Shown here: in pieces, positions 21,136 to 30,434 of the stretch
How positions within the stretch are numbered: position 1 is the first letter of the stretch
Layout of the letters: each line of letters opens with the position of its first letter
DNA from: Rhodothermales bacterium
Lineage (GTDB): Bacteria; Bacteroidota; Rhodothermia; Rhodothermales; VXPQ01
Direction of reading: 5' to 3'
Length of the DNA: 64,000 nucleotides
Assembly (NCBI GenBank): GCA_951812335.1
Contig: OX638293.1
Location: 1,358,529 to 1,422,528 of the forward strand
Made by a program: the position numbers and the translations under genes
The notes under the pieces: model-generated
The model's database searches: none
Seen by the model: the letters and a program-made list of their open reading frames with translations, nothing else
What the model was told of the DNA's origin: nothing

Positions 21136-21246
21136 TTACAACGTTGGTTTGATGGTTACGAGACCCACGCGATTCGTACTGCTCTGGTGGATCAGCAAAT
21201 TACCGTCCCGGGTTACCCACACGTTACGTATGATCCCCACCCCGTT
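21136..21246 (-). pseudogene. Remnant C-terminus of a Vgb (virginiamycin B lyase)-like beta-propeller gene
   Basis: Reads GVGIIRNVWVTRDGNLLIHQSSTNRVGLVTIKPTL* with no start of its own; family recognised by eye. Confidence 0.5.
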
Positions 21247-21248
21247 CC

Positions 21249-22388
21249 TTACACCTCCACCCATCTCCCGCCGCGGTCGATCGAGCGGTAGATCGCCTCG
21301 ATAACTTTCATGTCTTTCAGCCCTTCTTCGCCGGAGACCCTGCTCGTTTCGTCTTCCGTGATGCACCGGGCGAAGTCGTCCATTTGCAGCGCTTGCTGTG
21401 TTACGTGCGCGAAATCCATCGGTCCCTCGTTCGTTTGTCCGGATTGCCCGTCGTACATGAAGGACGGCTCGATTCTTGCCCAACCCCGAGGGGCCATCAT
21501 GTACAGGCGATTCGAATTGGCCGAATAGGATGTGCTGTGCGTGGATACGGCGCCGCCGGGAAATTCCATGTCCCACAGGATGGTCTCGTAAATCTCCGTA
21601 AAGATGTCCGGGCGCGTGTTGTGGCCTGACGCCCGGACGCGGACCGGCTCCTGGCCGATCGTATACCGAGCGCCCTGGATCGCATAGACGCCTACGTCCA
21701 GCAAGGCGCCTCCTCCCGCCATTTCCTTGCTGAATCGCCAGGCGTCGGTGTTGCGCGAGGTAAAACTGAAATTGGCCTCGACGAGAGTAACCGGCCCGAA
21801 GACCTGCTCCTGACCCAGGCGCATCATCTCCTGGTGATGCGGTTCGAAGTGGAGGCGGTATCCCACCGAAAGTTTCACGCCGGCCTTGTCGCACGCCTCG
21901 ATCATGCGCTCGCAGTCGCGCACGGAGGTCGCCATAGGCTTCTCCGTAATCACCTGCTTGCCCGCCTCGGCAGCCCGGATCGCATATTCCGCATGCATGC
22001 TGTTCGGCAACACTACATACACGATATCGATATCCGGATTGTCCGCAATCTGGTCGAAGGTTTCGTAATTGTAGACGTTTTTCTCCGGGATATCGTATTC
22101 GGCCATCCATTTGTCCGCCTTGGCGGGCGTACCCGTAACGATGCCTGTGAGGCGGCAGCGCTCCGTTTCCCGGAGAGCAGGAGCCAACTGGTTCGTAGCG
22201 TAGTTGCCGAGACCCACGAGCGCCACGCCAAGAGGATCTGTGCCCCGAGGCAGAGGGGTGCGCCGTTGCATGTTTTGTCCGCCGGCAAGCGTGACGGCCG
22301 GGGTGCCCGACAAGGCAAGTCCACCCAGCAAGGCGCCGGTTTTCCGTAAAAAGGTGCGCCTCGTACGGCGAAAATGGACAGGAGCCAT
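21249..22388 (-). CDS. Gfo/Idh/MocA oxidoreductase (glucose-fructose oxidoreductase-like), Tat signal
   Basis: RRTFLR; GLGNYA; VVLPNSMHAE; EKPMA; GGGALLDVGVY. Confidence 0.9.
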   Translation of the reverse strand: MAPVHFRRTRRTFLRKTGALLGGLALSGTPAVTLAGGQNMQRRTPLPRGTDPLGVALVGLGNYATNQLAPALRETERCRLTGIVTGTPAKADKWMAEYDIPEKNVYNYETFDQIADNPDIDIVYVVLPNSMHAEYAIRAAEAGKQVITEKPMATSVRDCERMIEACDKAGVKLSVGYRLHFEPHHQEMMRLGQEQVFGPVTLVEANFSFTSRNTDAWRFSKEMAGGGALLDVGVYAIQGARYTIGQEPVRVRASGHNTRPDIFTEIYETILWDMEFPGGAVSTHSTSYSANSNRLYMMAPRGWARIEPSFMYDGQSGQTNEGPMDFAHVTQQALQMDDFARCITEDETSRVSGEEGLKDMKVIEAIYRSIDRGGRWVEV

Positions 22389-22418
22389 AACCGATTCGGC
22401 GAGATGGAATGATTCGGT

Positions 22419-23687
22419 TTAGATTTCAAACAAGGCGTTGTCGTAGTCGATGCGCGTTCCTTGAAGAATAGCTTCGTTGGCCTTTATAGTGATGACGGCC
22501 ATCTCGAAACCGACTTCGTAAGACGCAGCCGGCGGATACGGTCCAAAGGCGTGGTTGTCGATGAAGTCACGTAGCGCGTACCACAACGGCGTCTCGAGGT
22601 TGGGGTCGTCTTCGGTCGGCGAGATATCCTGGGCATCCAGCTGGGTAGCATTCGCCACCAGCGCGATCCCGGTTTCCTTGTAGAACTTGTCTTTTCTGGC
22701 GTACACTTCCCACCCCAGCAACGGGGCATCGACTTCCTTGAACATCCAGGCCCGGTGGTCGCGGAACATGATGGTGCTGTCGCGTCCGGAATAGGTGTCG
22801 TAGGCGGCGTCGAAAGAGCTCGTCAGCGTAGCGTCATACAGCATAGGCACGCCATCCTCCAGCTCGAAGACGGCCTGGATCGTGTCGGGCACCAGGCGGC
22901 CGTCATTCCATAACATGATCTGTCCCAGACCGGTGACCGCTACTGGACGTTTGCCCAGAAACCACAGGGTGGGGTCGAGCTGATGCGTACCGACTTCGCC
23001 GATAAGTCCGGTGGAGACCTCTGCATCAAGTCGCCAGTTTTGTGCGATCTCACGCTCCCGATTGGGAGAGGCCCTTCGCCAGCTCTCCTTTGTATGCCAC
23101 TGGGACCGGGTCATCGTGGCCTTTCCAAGGGCGCCGCTGCGGATGAACTGGAAGACGGAACGGTAATTCGGATGCGACCGGGCGTACAGTCCCACCTGAA
23201 AGATCAGGTTGGGATTGTCGCGGGCGGCCTGCGCCATGGCTCGTGCATCGTCGATGGTCGAGGCCATCGGCGCTTCTACGTACACATGCTTGCCGGCAGA
23301 CAGGGCGTCGAGCGCGATTTGCTTGTGCAGGTGCGTGGGCGTGGCGATAAAGACCGTGGAAATATCCGGATTATCCAGTACCTCGCGGTAGTTTTCGAAC
23401 GTGGCCACTCCCGGCGCCGAGCGCTGTGCTCTCTGCAGCATGACGTTGTAGGTATCCACTACAGCGGCAAGATCCACCTCGGGGATACGTGTCAGTGTGG
23501 CAGCTATGTCCCGCCCCTGCGGGCCGAAACCGATCACGGCGGCCTGGACTTGTTCCCGAAAGGTTGCCCGGCGCGCATCTGCGCCGATTGCAGGAGCCTG
23601 TGCAAGCAGGCCTGAAAGAGGTATCAGGGAGCTCCGTTTCAGAAAATTCCGACGACTCAGGAGGTCGCCGTACGTACGATCTTTCAT
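22419..23687 (-). CDS. Gfo/Idh/MocA oxidoreductase, Tat signal
   Basis: SRRNFLK; GFGPQG; ATPTHLH; GKHVYVEAPMA. Confidence 0.85.
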   Translation of the reverse strand: MKDRTYGDLLSRRNFLKRSSLIPLSGLLAQAPAIGADARRATFREQVQAAVIGFGPQGRDIAATLTRIPEVDLAAVVDTYNVMLQRAQRSAPGVATFENYREVLDNPDISTVFIATPTHLHKQIALDALSAGKHVYVEAPMASTIDDARAMAQAARDNPNLIFQVGLYARSHPNYRSVFQFIRSGALGKATMTRSQWHTKESWRRASPNREREIAQNWRLDAEVSTGLIGEVGTHQLDPTLWFLGKRPVAVTGLGQIMLWNDGRLVPDTIQAVFELEDGVPMLYDATLTSSFDAAYDTYSGRDSTIMFRDHRAWMFKEVDAPLLGWEVYARKDKFYKETGIALVANATQLDAQDISPTEDDPNLETPLWYALRDFIDNHAFGPYPPAASYEVGFEMAVITIKANEAILQGTRIDYDNALFEI

Positions 23688-24694
23688 AGAGTGGCGTTCA
23701 GGTTGGGATGTTGTTGCAAGGTTGTAATATGGCCGTTCAACATGGATGCAGAAAACGGAGTCGAGCCGTTTTTCGGTGTACGGTACAGGGGTATTCCGTG
23801 ATGCAGAATGCGGGAGGGAAGAGGACCTTTCTCGTCCGATCGAATGACCAGGGACCGATATCCGGCAAGCGGGCGAGCATGCACGAGGAGGGCGGTCGAA
23901 ACGGCGTCGGCGATGGCGGCGGATGAGGTAACGGTTGCTGCCAGCAGCGCTCCGCGAACAGGTTTCCCAAGGAGAGGGTCCAGCACATGTCCGTAACAGG
24001 TCCCCTCGACCTCGAAAGATTTACCCGAAACAGCCGAAACCGACAGGGCTTCGTCCCGGATTGCTACGAGGGCGACCGGTTCGTCCGGCGACCGGGGATC
24101 CACAACGGCCACGTTCCAGGAGTCGGCGTCGAGCGGCTTTCCGATTCCGTACATCGTGCTGGTTCCACCGTGCAGAAAGGCCCGCTCCACGCCGGCCTCT
24201 CTCAATACGTGCATGGCTTCGTCCACGGCGTATCCCTTGCCGATGGCTCCGAAATCCAGAGCAACCCCTTCGTGCGCAAAACGCACCGTACGGTGCGCCT
24301 CGTCCAGTTCAACGAGGTGCATGCCTGTGCGAAGGCGGGCTTTGGCCAACTCGTCCGCACCGGGTACGCGCGCCCCGTCGCCGTAAAATCCCCACGCCTT
24401 CATGAGCGGGCCGACCGTCAGATCGAAAGCCCCGTTCGTGCAACGGTGCAGGTACAGAGACTGCTTCAACAAATCGAGCAACCACGGCTCGACCGGCACG
24501 GCTTCCTGCGAAGCGTGCGTATTGATCCGGGATACATCGGAGGCGGGAAGGAATCTGGAAAGCCGTGTTTCCAGGCGTTCGATTTCCCGGAGCGCTTCCT
24601 CGCCGGCGGCCCGTAGCCACGGCTCGTCCTCGCCCTGGAGGACGAGCTCGAAGCGACAGGCCATCGCCATGCGCGCCAATCGAACCGTACCCAT
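23684..24694 (-). CDS. apbE: FAD:protein FMN transferase (ApbE family), no signal peptide visible
   Basis: LSRFLPASDVSRIN, GAFDLTVGPL, LDFGAIGKGYAVD, GHVLDP, ADAVSTA. Confidence 0.85.
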   Translation of the reverse strand: MGTVRLARMAMACRFELVLQGEDEPWLRAAGEEALREIERLETRLSRFLPASDVSRINTHASQEAVPVEPWLLDLLKQSLYLHRCTNGAFDLTVGPLMKAWGFYGDGARVPGADELAKARLRTGMHLVELDEAHRTVRFAHEGVALDFGAIGKGYAVDEAMHVLREAGVERAFLHGGTSTMYGIGKPLDADSWNVAVVDPRSPDEPVALVAIRDEALSVSAVSGKSFEVEGTCYGHVLDPLLGKPVRGALLAATVTSSAAIADAVSTALLVHARPLAGYRSLVIRSDEKGPLPSRILHHGIPLYRTPKNGSTPFSASMLNGHITTLQQHPNLNATL

Positions 24695-24716
24695 CCCCGC
24701 CTCCGCCGTTTGGCTG

Positions 24717-26075
24717 TTACGACAGTTCGAGCGTGCCGTAGGTGATCGGTTCGATCTCGCGTCCGCCGCCTGTGGTCATCTTGCGCGTTTTTTCGTCGAA
24801 GTAGAGCATTTCGCCGAGGCGGTCCGACATCTCGGCCATGCAAATCATCGTTTGCGCCTTGATCGACAGGTCGATGTTTCCGTTGGGTTGCGTGTTCTCG
24901 CGGATCGAGGTCAGCCAGTTTTCGATATGTGCCGGCACGCTTACGCCAGGCTCGATGTTCTCTTCCATCTGCTGGTCAACCAGATCGGCAAAGGGTCGTT
25001 CCGGACGCAGTTCGATGGAGTTGCCGGCGAAGTACAGCGTACCTTCGTGACCCCGGATTACCTGCCCGAGTCCTTGCTCGTTGACGGTGCTGCCGATAAC
25101 GAGGAGGGTCAGGCCACTGGGGAATTCCGCCAGAACCTGCGTGTTGTCGGGCACATCGCGGTCGGGGGTGACCTTGCGAGTGCCGAGCGATGCAACCCGC
25201 ATCGGAAATTCGGGAGATCCTGTTGCAATCATCAACGGGTGGATACGGTGGGCGAGCAGGTCGCCGAGGATGCCTGCACAGTACGGGTAGTACTTGCGCC
25301 AGCGGTGATACTCGTCGGCGCTGAACGGACGGTCGGAAACAGGTCCAAGCCAAGTGTTCCAGTCGATGTTTTCCGGGGAGGAATCTTCGTCGATACCGTA
25401 ATTCCACTCGCCGTCGGGATTGTTGCGGCAGTAGGAATCCTGTCCCAGCACGAGAGGACCGATCATGCCTGCCTGGATCATCTCTGCAGCGCGGTGCCAC
25501 TTGCCTTCCGTGCAGTACTGGGAACCGATCTGGAAAATCATCCCGGTTTCCATGGTTTTATCGTAGATATCGAAGGCTTCGTGCAGGTAGCGCGTCATCG
25601 GCTTTTCGCAGTAGACGTGCTTGCCGGCATCCATGGCTTCAATGGCGATGGTCGAGTGCCAGTGGTCTACGGCGCCGATAAAGATAGCATCCACATCGTC
25701 TCGTTCGAGCAGGTTGCGGTAGTCGTGGTACGCATCCGCATCGGTGAGGCCGAGTTTTTCGACTGCGCGATCCCTGCGCTTGTTAAATACGTCGGAGACA
25801 GCCACGCCGACCGCATTGAATTCCGCGCTATTATTGGCGATACCGCCTACATGGGCATTGAAACCCTGGCCGCCAACGCCTACGAATCCGATGTTCAGGC
25901 GGTCGTTTGCACCGAGGACCGTTGCAGGGGCCGTTTTATGAGCGATGGTTTTGCGCTGCGGGGTCTTGGCCATTGTCGGGGCATACCCTGCCAACATAGC
26001 GGCAGCTCCGAGCGCGCTCTTCTTGACGAATTCGCGCCGGGATGCACTATCTTTGGGAGTCTTTTTACTGGTCAT
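24717..26075 (-). CDS. Gfo/Idh/MocA oxidoreductase, Tat signal
   Basis: SRREFVK; GANDRLNIGFVGVGGQG; DHWH; GKHVYCEKPM; WNTWLGP. Confidence 0.9.
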   Translation of the reverse strand: MTSKKTPKDSASRREFVKKSALGAAAMLAGYAPTMAKTPQRKTIAHKTAPATVLGANDRLNIGFVGVGGQGFNAHVGGIANNSAEFNAVGVAVSDVFNKRRDRAVEKLGLTDADAYHDYRNLLERDDVDAIFIGAVDHWHSTIAIEAMDAGKHVYCEKPMTRYLHEAFDIYDKTMETGMIFQIGSQYCTEGKWHRAAEMIQAGMIGPLVLGQDSYCRNNPDGEWNYGIDEDSSPENIDWNTWLGPVSDRPFSADEYHRWRKYYPYCAGILGDLLAHRIHPLMIATGSPEFPMRVASLGTRKVTPDRDVPDNTQVLAEFPSGLTLLVIGSTVNEQGLGQVIRGHEGTLYFAGNSIELRPERPFADLVDQQMEENIEPGVSVPAHIENWLTSIRENTQPNGNIDLSIKAQTMICMAEMSDRLGEMLYFDEKTRKMTTGGGREIEPITYGTLELS

Positions 26076-26318
26076 GATTCAGGATGGTTTGATAGGGATG
26101 TTGTTTCGATACGGGTATTGTGGCGAAACGATGATATGGAGTAGAGCCGGAAGCCCTTTCAGCGGCAAGGCTTTCTGCGGAGCCTTGTTCTGTATCCGGG
26201 CCAGATACCGACCCGTGTGCGTAATCCGGTTCGGGAACGTACTATCTTTGCAAAGTTACTAAATAGTTACATATGTTGCGTACCGTAATTTCAGGTTCGA
26301 CCATCGGGATATATTAAG

Positions 26319-26572
26319 GGATACTCCGATCGAAACCGCTTCGCCCGGCACTTTACTTTCGCGCGTAAAGGATATCATGATTTCATCGTCGGAATCAGCT
26401 GGAAACCCTGCGGATTTGGGGAGTCGCGGTCGTGAAGCGCCCTTCGGGAGGCAGACAGGCGTGCGCTGGCCGCGTCCTTCCTCATTGTGTGGGGCCTGCC
26501 ACACTGCTTCGTCATTCCTTGCCGGCGCATCCCTTGCAGCCTCTGAATTTCGCGGACTTAATCAGAGTATCT
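26319..26572 (-). mobile_element. 254-bp MITE-like element, full copy (reverse orientation)
   Basis: GGATACTCCGATC...CTTAATCAGAGTATCT; colinear with the other full copies. Confidence 0.85.
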
Positions 26573-26666
26573 TGTACAGCCAGCCAGGGGCGTTTTGTAT
26601 GACTTTGCGGCGTCTCGCAACAACCTCTGGCGGAAGGCGTCTCATTGAAAAAACCGGAAGCGATCC

Positions 26667-27242
26667 ATGAAACACACGATAATCTGGATAGCCGCCTTCT
26701 TTGCGATGGCGGCTTTCGTACCGGCGGAGATCGCCCAAGCGCAAACGCTGGCCTTGTCGCCGGAAAGTTCAATCTGGATTGACGGCACGTCGAACCGGAG
26801 CGACTGGACCGTATATGCGAAAGACATGACCGGAGAAGTTCGGATGGGAGAAGGGGAGATGCCGGACAGTCTGGCGTTCACTGTGGTTTCCGGACAGATA
26901 AAGAGCGACAAGAGCACGATCATGGACCGTAAGATCGCGGATGCGCTGAAGGCCCGCGAACATGCGAACATCGCATACCGGTTGACGGGCGCCACCGTTT
27001 CGGAGGACGATTCGGGCATGCTTTTGGCCCAGGGGCTCCTCACCATTGCGGGCGTAACGAAGGACATCGAGATGGAGGTAACCGCAGAACAACTCGAAGA
27101 TGGGTCGGTGCGCTATACCGGCATGACCCCGATCCAGTTTACGGAGTACGGGATGACGCCCCCCACGGCTTTGTACGGAGCGCTTCGCACCGGCAATGAC
27201 GTGACCGTGCATTTCGACGTAACGTTCGTGTCGGGCGAGTAG
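26667..27242 (+). CDS. YceI family periplasmic protein
   Basis: Signal peptide AQA-Q; IDGTSN..DW, GLLTIAGVTKDI, YGMTPPTA. Confidence 0.85.
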   Translation: MKHTIIWIAAFFAMAAFVPAEIAQAQTLALSPESSIWIDGTSNRSDWTVYAKDMTGEVRMGEGEMPDSLAFTVVSGQIKSDKSTIMDRKIADALKAREHANIAYRLTGATVSEDDSGMLLAQGLLTIAGVTKDIEMEVTAEQLEDGSVRYTGMTPIQFTEYGMTPPTALYGALRTGNDVTVHFDVTFVSGE

Positions 27243-27284
27243 GCGAGAATATTCCCGGGACGGCTCAGGAAGAGTTGCGCCGGT

Positions 27285-28178
27285 TTACGCGCCGGCTTGT
27301 TTGCCCACTTCGATGCCCGATAGTCGCTCGAGCGCTTTCACAAGGGCATGGTTGCCCTCGCTCCCAAGGCCGTTGCGCTGGAGCGAACGGTACAGGTGAA
27401 AACATGCGCCCGCGCCAACGAGCGGTACCCCCAGTTCGTCCGCGGCGTCGAGGACGAGGCGCAGATCTTTCAGTTGCAGGTCGATCGTGAACCCCGGGCG
27501 CCAATCCCTTTGCGTGCATTGCGGGCCCCTGTTGGCGAGCATCCAGCTGCCTGCCGCACCGCCGGTTACCGCCTCTAATGTTTTTTCGAGGTCCAGTCCA
27601 CCGGCCTCGGCGAACGTGAGCGCCTCCGATACGGCAAGCATGTTCACGACGACCAGTATCTGGTTGACCAGCTTGACGGTTTGGCCGGCCCCGTGCCCGC
27701 CGACATGCGTAATCGTCGTGCCCATGGCTTCGAAACAGGGCATGGCCCGCGCCACTTGATCCTCCTCGCCTCCGATCATAATGCTGAGCGTGCCGTTTGC
27801 GGCTCCTTCGCTGCCTCCGCTGATGGGGGCGTCCAGCATATGCATATTCCGGGCCCCCAGTTGCGCCGCCAGTGTTTTTGTTACGGACGGGCTGATCGTG
27901 CTCGTGTCGATGAAGAGGGCGCCGGGCCGCGCTGACGGGATTGCTTCTTCGATGACGGCGACTACATCCGGGGTGTCGCTAACGCACAGAATAACGATCG
28001 TGCAATGCTCAGCCAATGCACGAATCGACGAAGCTACCCGGGCCCCGGCTTTCTCAAGAGGTTTCGTTCCGGAGGCGGTACGATTCCAGACGGTCAGGTC
28101 GACGCCGTGCCTGACGAGGTTGTGCGCCATGCCCCGACCCATTACGCCAAGGCCGATGAATCCGACAGGTTCGTTCAT
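27285..28178 (-). CDS. NAD(P)-dependent beta-hydroxyacid dehydrogenase (GarR/GlxR/MmsB family)
   Basis: GFIGLGVMG, DAPISGG, GAGQTVKLVNQ, LQLKDL. Confidence 0.9.
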   Translation of the reverse strand: MNEPVGFIGLGVMGRGMAHNLVRHGVDLTVWNRTASGTKPLEKAGARVASSIRALAEHCTIVILCVSDTPDVVAVIEEAIPSARPGALFIDTSTISPSVTKTLAAQLGARNMHMLDAPISGGSEGAANGTLSIMIGGEEDQVARAMPCFEAMGTTITHVGGHGAGQTVKLVNQILVVVNMLAVSEALTFAEAGGLDLEKTLEAVTGGAAGSWMLANRGPQCTQRDWRPGFTIDLQLKDLRLVLDAADELGVPLVGAGACFHLYRSLQRNGLGSEGNHALVKALERLSGIEVGKQAGA

Positions 28179-28900
28179 GGATATTTTTCTTCTGCTGCTT
28201 CGAGTTGCACCCGAGTGCGATGTACGCGCGCGCGGGATGCTGCCCGACCGATTTTTGCATTTGCCACCACTTCCTGGCCAGCGAGAGCGATCAGGCGCTG
28301 CACGGCGTCCTCGGTCCGTTCTTCCTTGAGTAATTCCAGCACATCGCTATCGACAATAGCGTACCAGATACCCTTTCTTACGTCGAAATCCGGATATCGG
28401 ATGGACATCGGTTTGCGCATGGCCGCCATCCAATCGAGAAATGTCTCGTAATGGGTCCCGAATTCCGTTTCCAGGCGTTGACGCAGCCGCACGGAGAGCG
28501 CCGGCGCTGCGCCGCTGGTGGAAATGGACAAGGCCAGTTTGCCGCGCCGTACGACCGATCCGGCCACGAACGTGCAATGGGGGATGTCGTCCATGGCGTT
28601 TATCAATACGTTTTTCTGCTGCGCTTCTTCCCAGATAGGTCTCGTTTGCGAAGGATTGGTCTCGCAGACGATGACGAGGAAAGCGCCATCGAGGTCACCG
28701 CAGCGGTATGCCCGAGGAATCCATTCGACCCGGTCCTGTGCGGCGAGCCTTTTCGAAAAAGAGGGGCTGACCACTTTTATGTGGGCGCCGCACGCCAGAA
28801 GTTCCTGGACCTTGCGTTCGGTTTCTCCGTCGTGCCCTCCTCCGAAGACGACGCATTGTCTTCGCCCAAGGTCGCTAAGCCATACCGGGTACATGTTCAT
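28175..28900 (-). CDS. Precorrin-2 dehydrogenase / sirohydrochlorin ferrochelatase (CysG N-terminal / SirC-like)
   Basis: MYPVWL..CVVFGGG, INAMDDIPHCTF, ISTSGAAPALS; ATGA overlap with cysH. Confidence 0.85.
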   Translation of the reverse strand: MNMYPVWLSDLGRRQCVVFGGGHDGETERKVQELLACGAHIKVVSPSFSKRLAAQDRVEWIPRAYRCGDLDGAFLVIVCETNPSQTRPIWEEAQQKNVLINAMDDIPHCTFVAGSVVRRGKLALSISTSGAAPALSVRLRQRLETEFGTHYETFLDWMAAMRKPMSIRYPDFDVRKGIWYAIVDSDVLELLKEERTEDAVQRLIALAGQEVVANAKIGRAASRARVHRTRVQLEAAEEKYP

Positions 28901-29619
28901 CGGCCGCCGAGCGTTTTTTCCTCGATGCCATACGAATGAATTCCGCATTCCATTTTCTCGTGCTCCTGCCAGCGGCCCGAACGAATATTCTGGCCATTCT
29001 TGACAGGTTTTGTGCAGGGAATGCAACCGATACTCGGGTAGCCCCAGTCATGCATTGGGTTGTAGGGCAGTTCGTGCAGGGTTATGTATTGTCGGACATC
29101 CCGGTCTGTCCAGGATGCCATTGGATTGATCTTGACAAGATTATGGATGGGCTCCCATTCCACGACCGCAGTATTTCTACGCGTGGGGGATTGGTCGCGC
29201 CGGACAGCAGTGACCCAGGCGTCTTTCGAGGCCAGAAATTGCCTGAGCGGTTGCACCTTGCGAAGAAAACAGCAACGATCCGGATTGATTCGCCATAGAT
29301 TGTCGCCTTCCCGGGCCGCCTGATCTCGCAGGGATAGTTCCGAATGAAGACGAAGAATTTTAATTCCCAAGCGCTTTTCGAGCTGGATTTTCAGGTCGTA
29401 TGCTTCGGGGAAGAGCAGGTCCGTGTCCAGATAGAATACGATAGCGGTTGGCCGGACGCGCGAAAGTATATGCATCAACGCCACGCCGGACAGGCCGAAG
29501 CCGGTACCCGTGGCCACGTTCGAACCAAAGGTTTCGAAGGTCCATGCGAGTACGTCTTCCGGCCAGGCATGCTCCAACCGCATGTTCGCTTCACGGATTT
29601 CGTTTTGTGTCAAAATCAT
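28897..29619 (-). CDS. cysH: APS/PAPS reductase with Fe-S ligands (APS reductase type)
   Basis: LDTDLLFPE, CC-xx-RK, YPSIGCIPCT, RSGRW, ECGIH. Confidence 0.9.
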   Translation of the reverse strand: MILTQNEIREANMRLEHAWPEDVLAWTFETFGSNVATGTGFGLSGVALMHILSRVRPTAIVFYLDTDLLFPEAYDLKIQLEKRLGIKILRLHSELSLRDQAAREGDNLWRINPDRCCFLRKVQPLRQFLASKDAWVTAVRRDQSPTRRNTAVVEWEPIHNLVKINPMASWTDRDVRQYITLHELPYNPMHDWGYPSIGCIPCTKPVKNGQNIRSGRWQEHEKMECGIHSYGIEEKTLGGR

Positions 29620-30434
29620 AATACGGAAGCAGTTGGGGGTTGATTGTGAACGAACGAATCATGCAATGCTCCACCTGAAAATACGAGTTCTTTGTTAAAC
29701 CATGTTGTTCGGGAATGAAGCGATACCACTTCGCCTATAACGATGGTTGCGGGTGCGGAGCATCCGAGACTTAGCAGACCGATGGTCCTGAGCGTTCCGG
29801 ACACAGTTCTCTGGTTTTGGGTTGCAGCGGATTCGACGATTGCGGCCGGAGTTTCAGGATCGAGCCCTGCCCCGATCAATTGTCCGGCAATCCAGTCGAG
29901 GCGGCCAAGGCCCATCAAAATGACCAGGGTACCCACGCGCGCCAGCGCATTCCAGTCCGGTGAACGGCTGGCCGTGCACGAATGACCCGTTACGACAGTG
30001 AATGCGGGGGATATGTTGCGGTGCGTGACGGGAATACCGCTGAAAGCTGGTGCAGCGATCGCGCTCGAAACGCCGGGGATCACCTGAAACGGGATGTTCG
30101 CCTCGGCAAGTGCAAGGCATTCTTCGCCGCCGCGTCCAAATACGAAAGGATCGCCTCCTTTCAGGCGAACCACGCTTCGGTATCGCCGAGCCCGGTCGAT
30201 GAGTATACGATTAATCGCTTCCTGGGGCATGGAATGCTCCCCGGGTGCTTTTCCGGCATAGATGCGTTCGGCGTCCATGCGGATGCAATCCAGAAGATCG
30301 GGATGGACGAGTCTGTCGAATACCACTACCTCCGCATGGCGGAGAAGGCGGAGCCCGCCTGCGGTGATTAAATCAGGATCTCCGGGTCCCGCGCCTACAA
30401 GATAGACGGTTCCATGTTCAGGTCGGTTGTGCAT
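29616..30434 (-). CDS. cobA: Uroporphyrinogen-III C-methyltransferase
   Basis: VYLVGAGPGDPDLIT, VRLKGGDPFVFGRGGEE. Confidence 0.92.
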   Translation of the reverse strand: MHNRPEHGTVYLVGAGPGDPDLITAGGLRLLRHAEVVVFDRLVHPDLLDCIRMDAERIYAGKAPGEHSMPQEAINRILIDRARRYRSVVRLKGGDPFVFGRGGEECLALAEANIPFQVIPGVSSAIAAPAFSGIPVTHRNISPAFTVVTGHSCTASRSPDWNALARVGTLVILMGLGRLDWIAGQLIGAGLDPETPAAIVESAATQNQRTVSGTLRTIGLLSLGCSAPATIVIGEVVSLHSRTTWFNKELVFSGGALHDSFVHNQPPTASVL

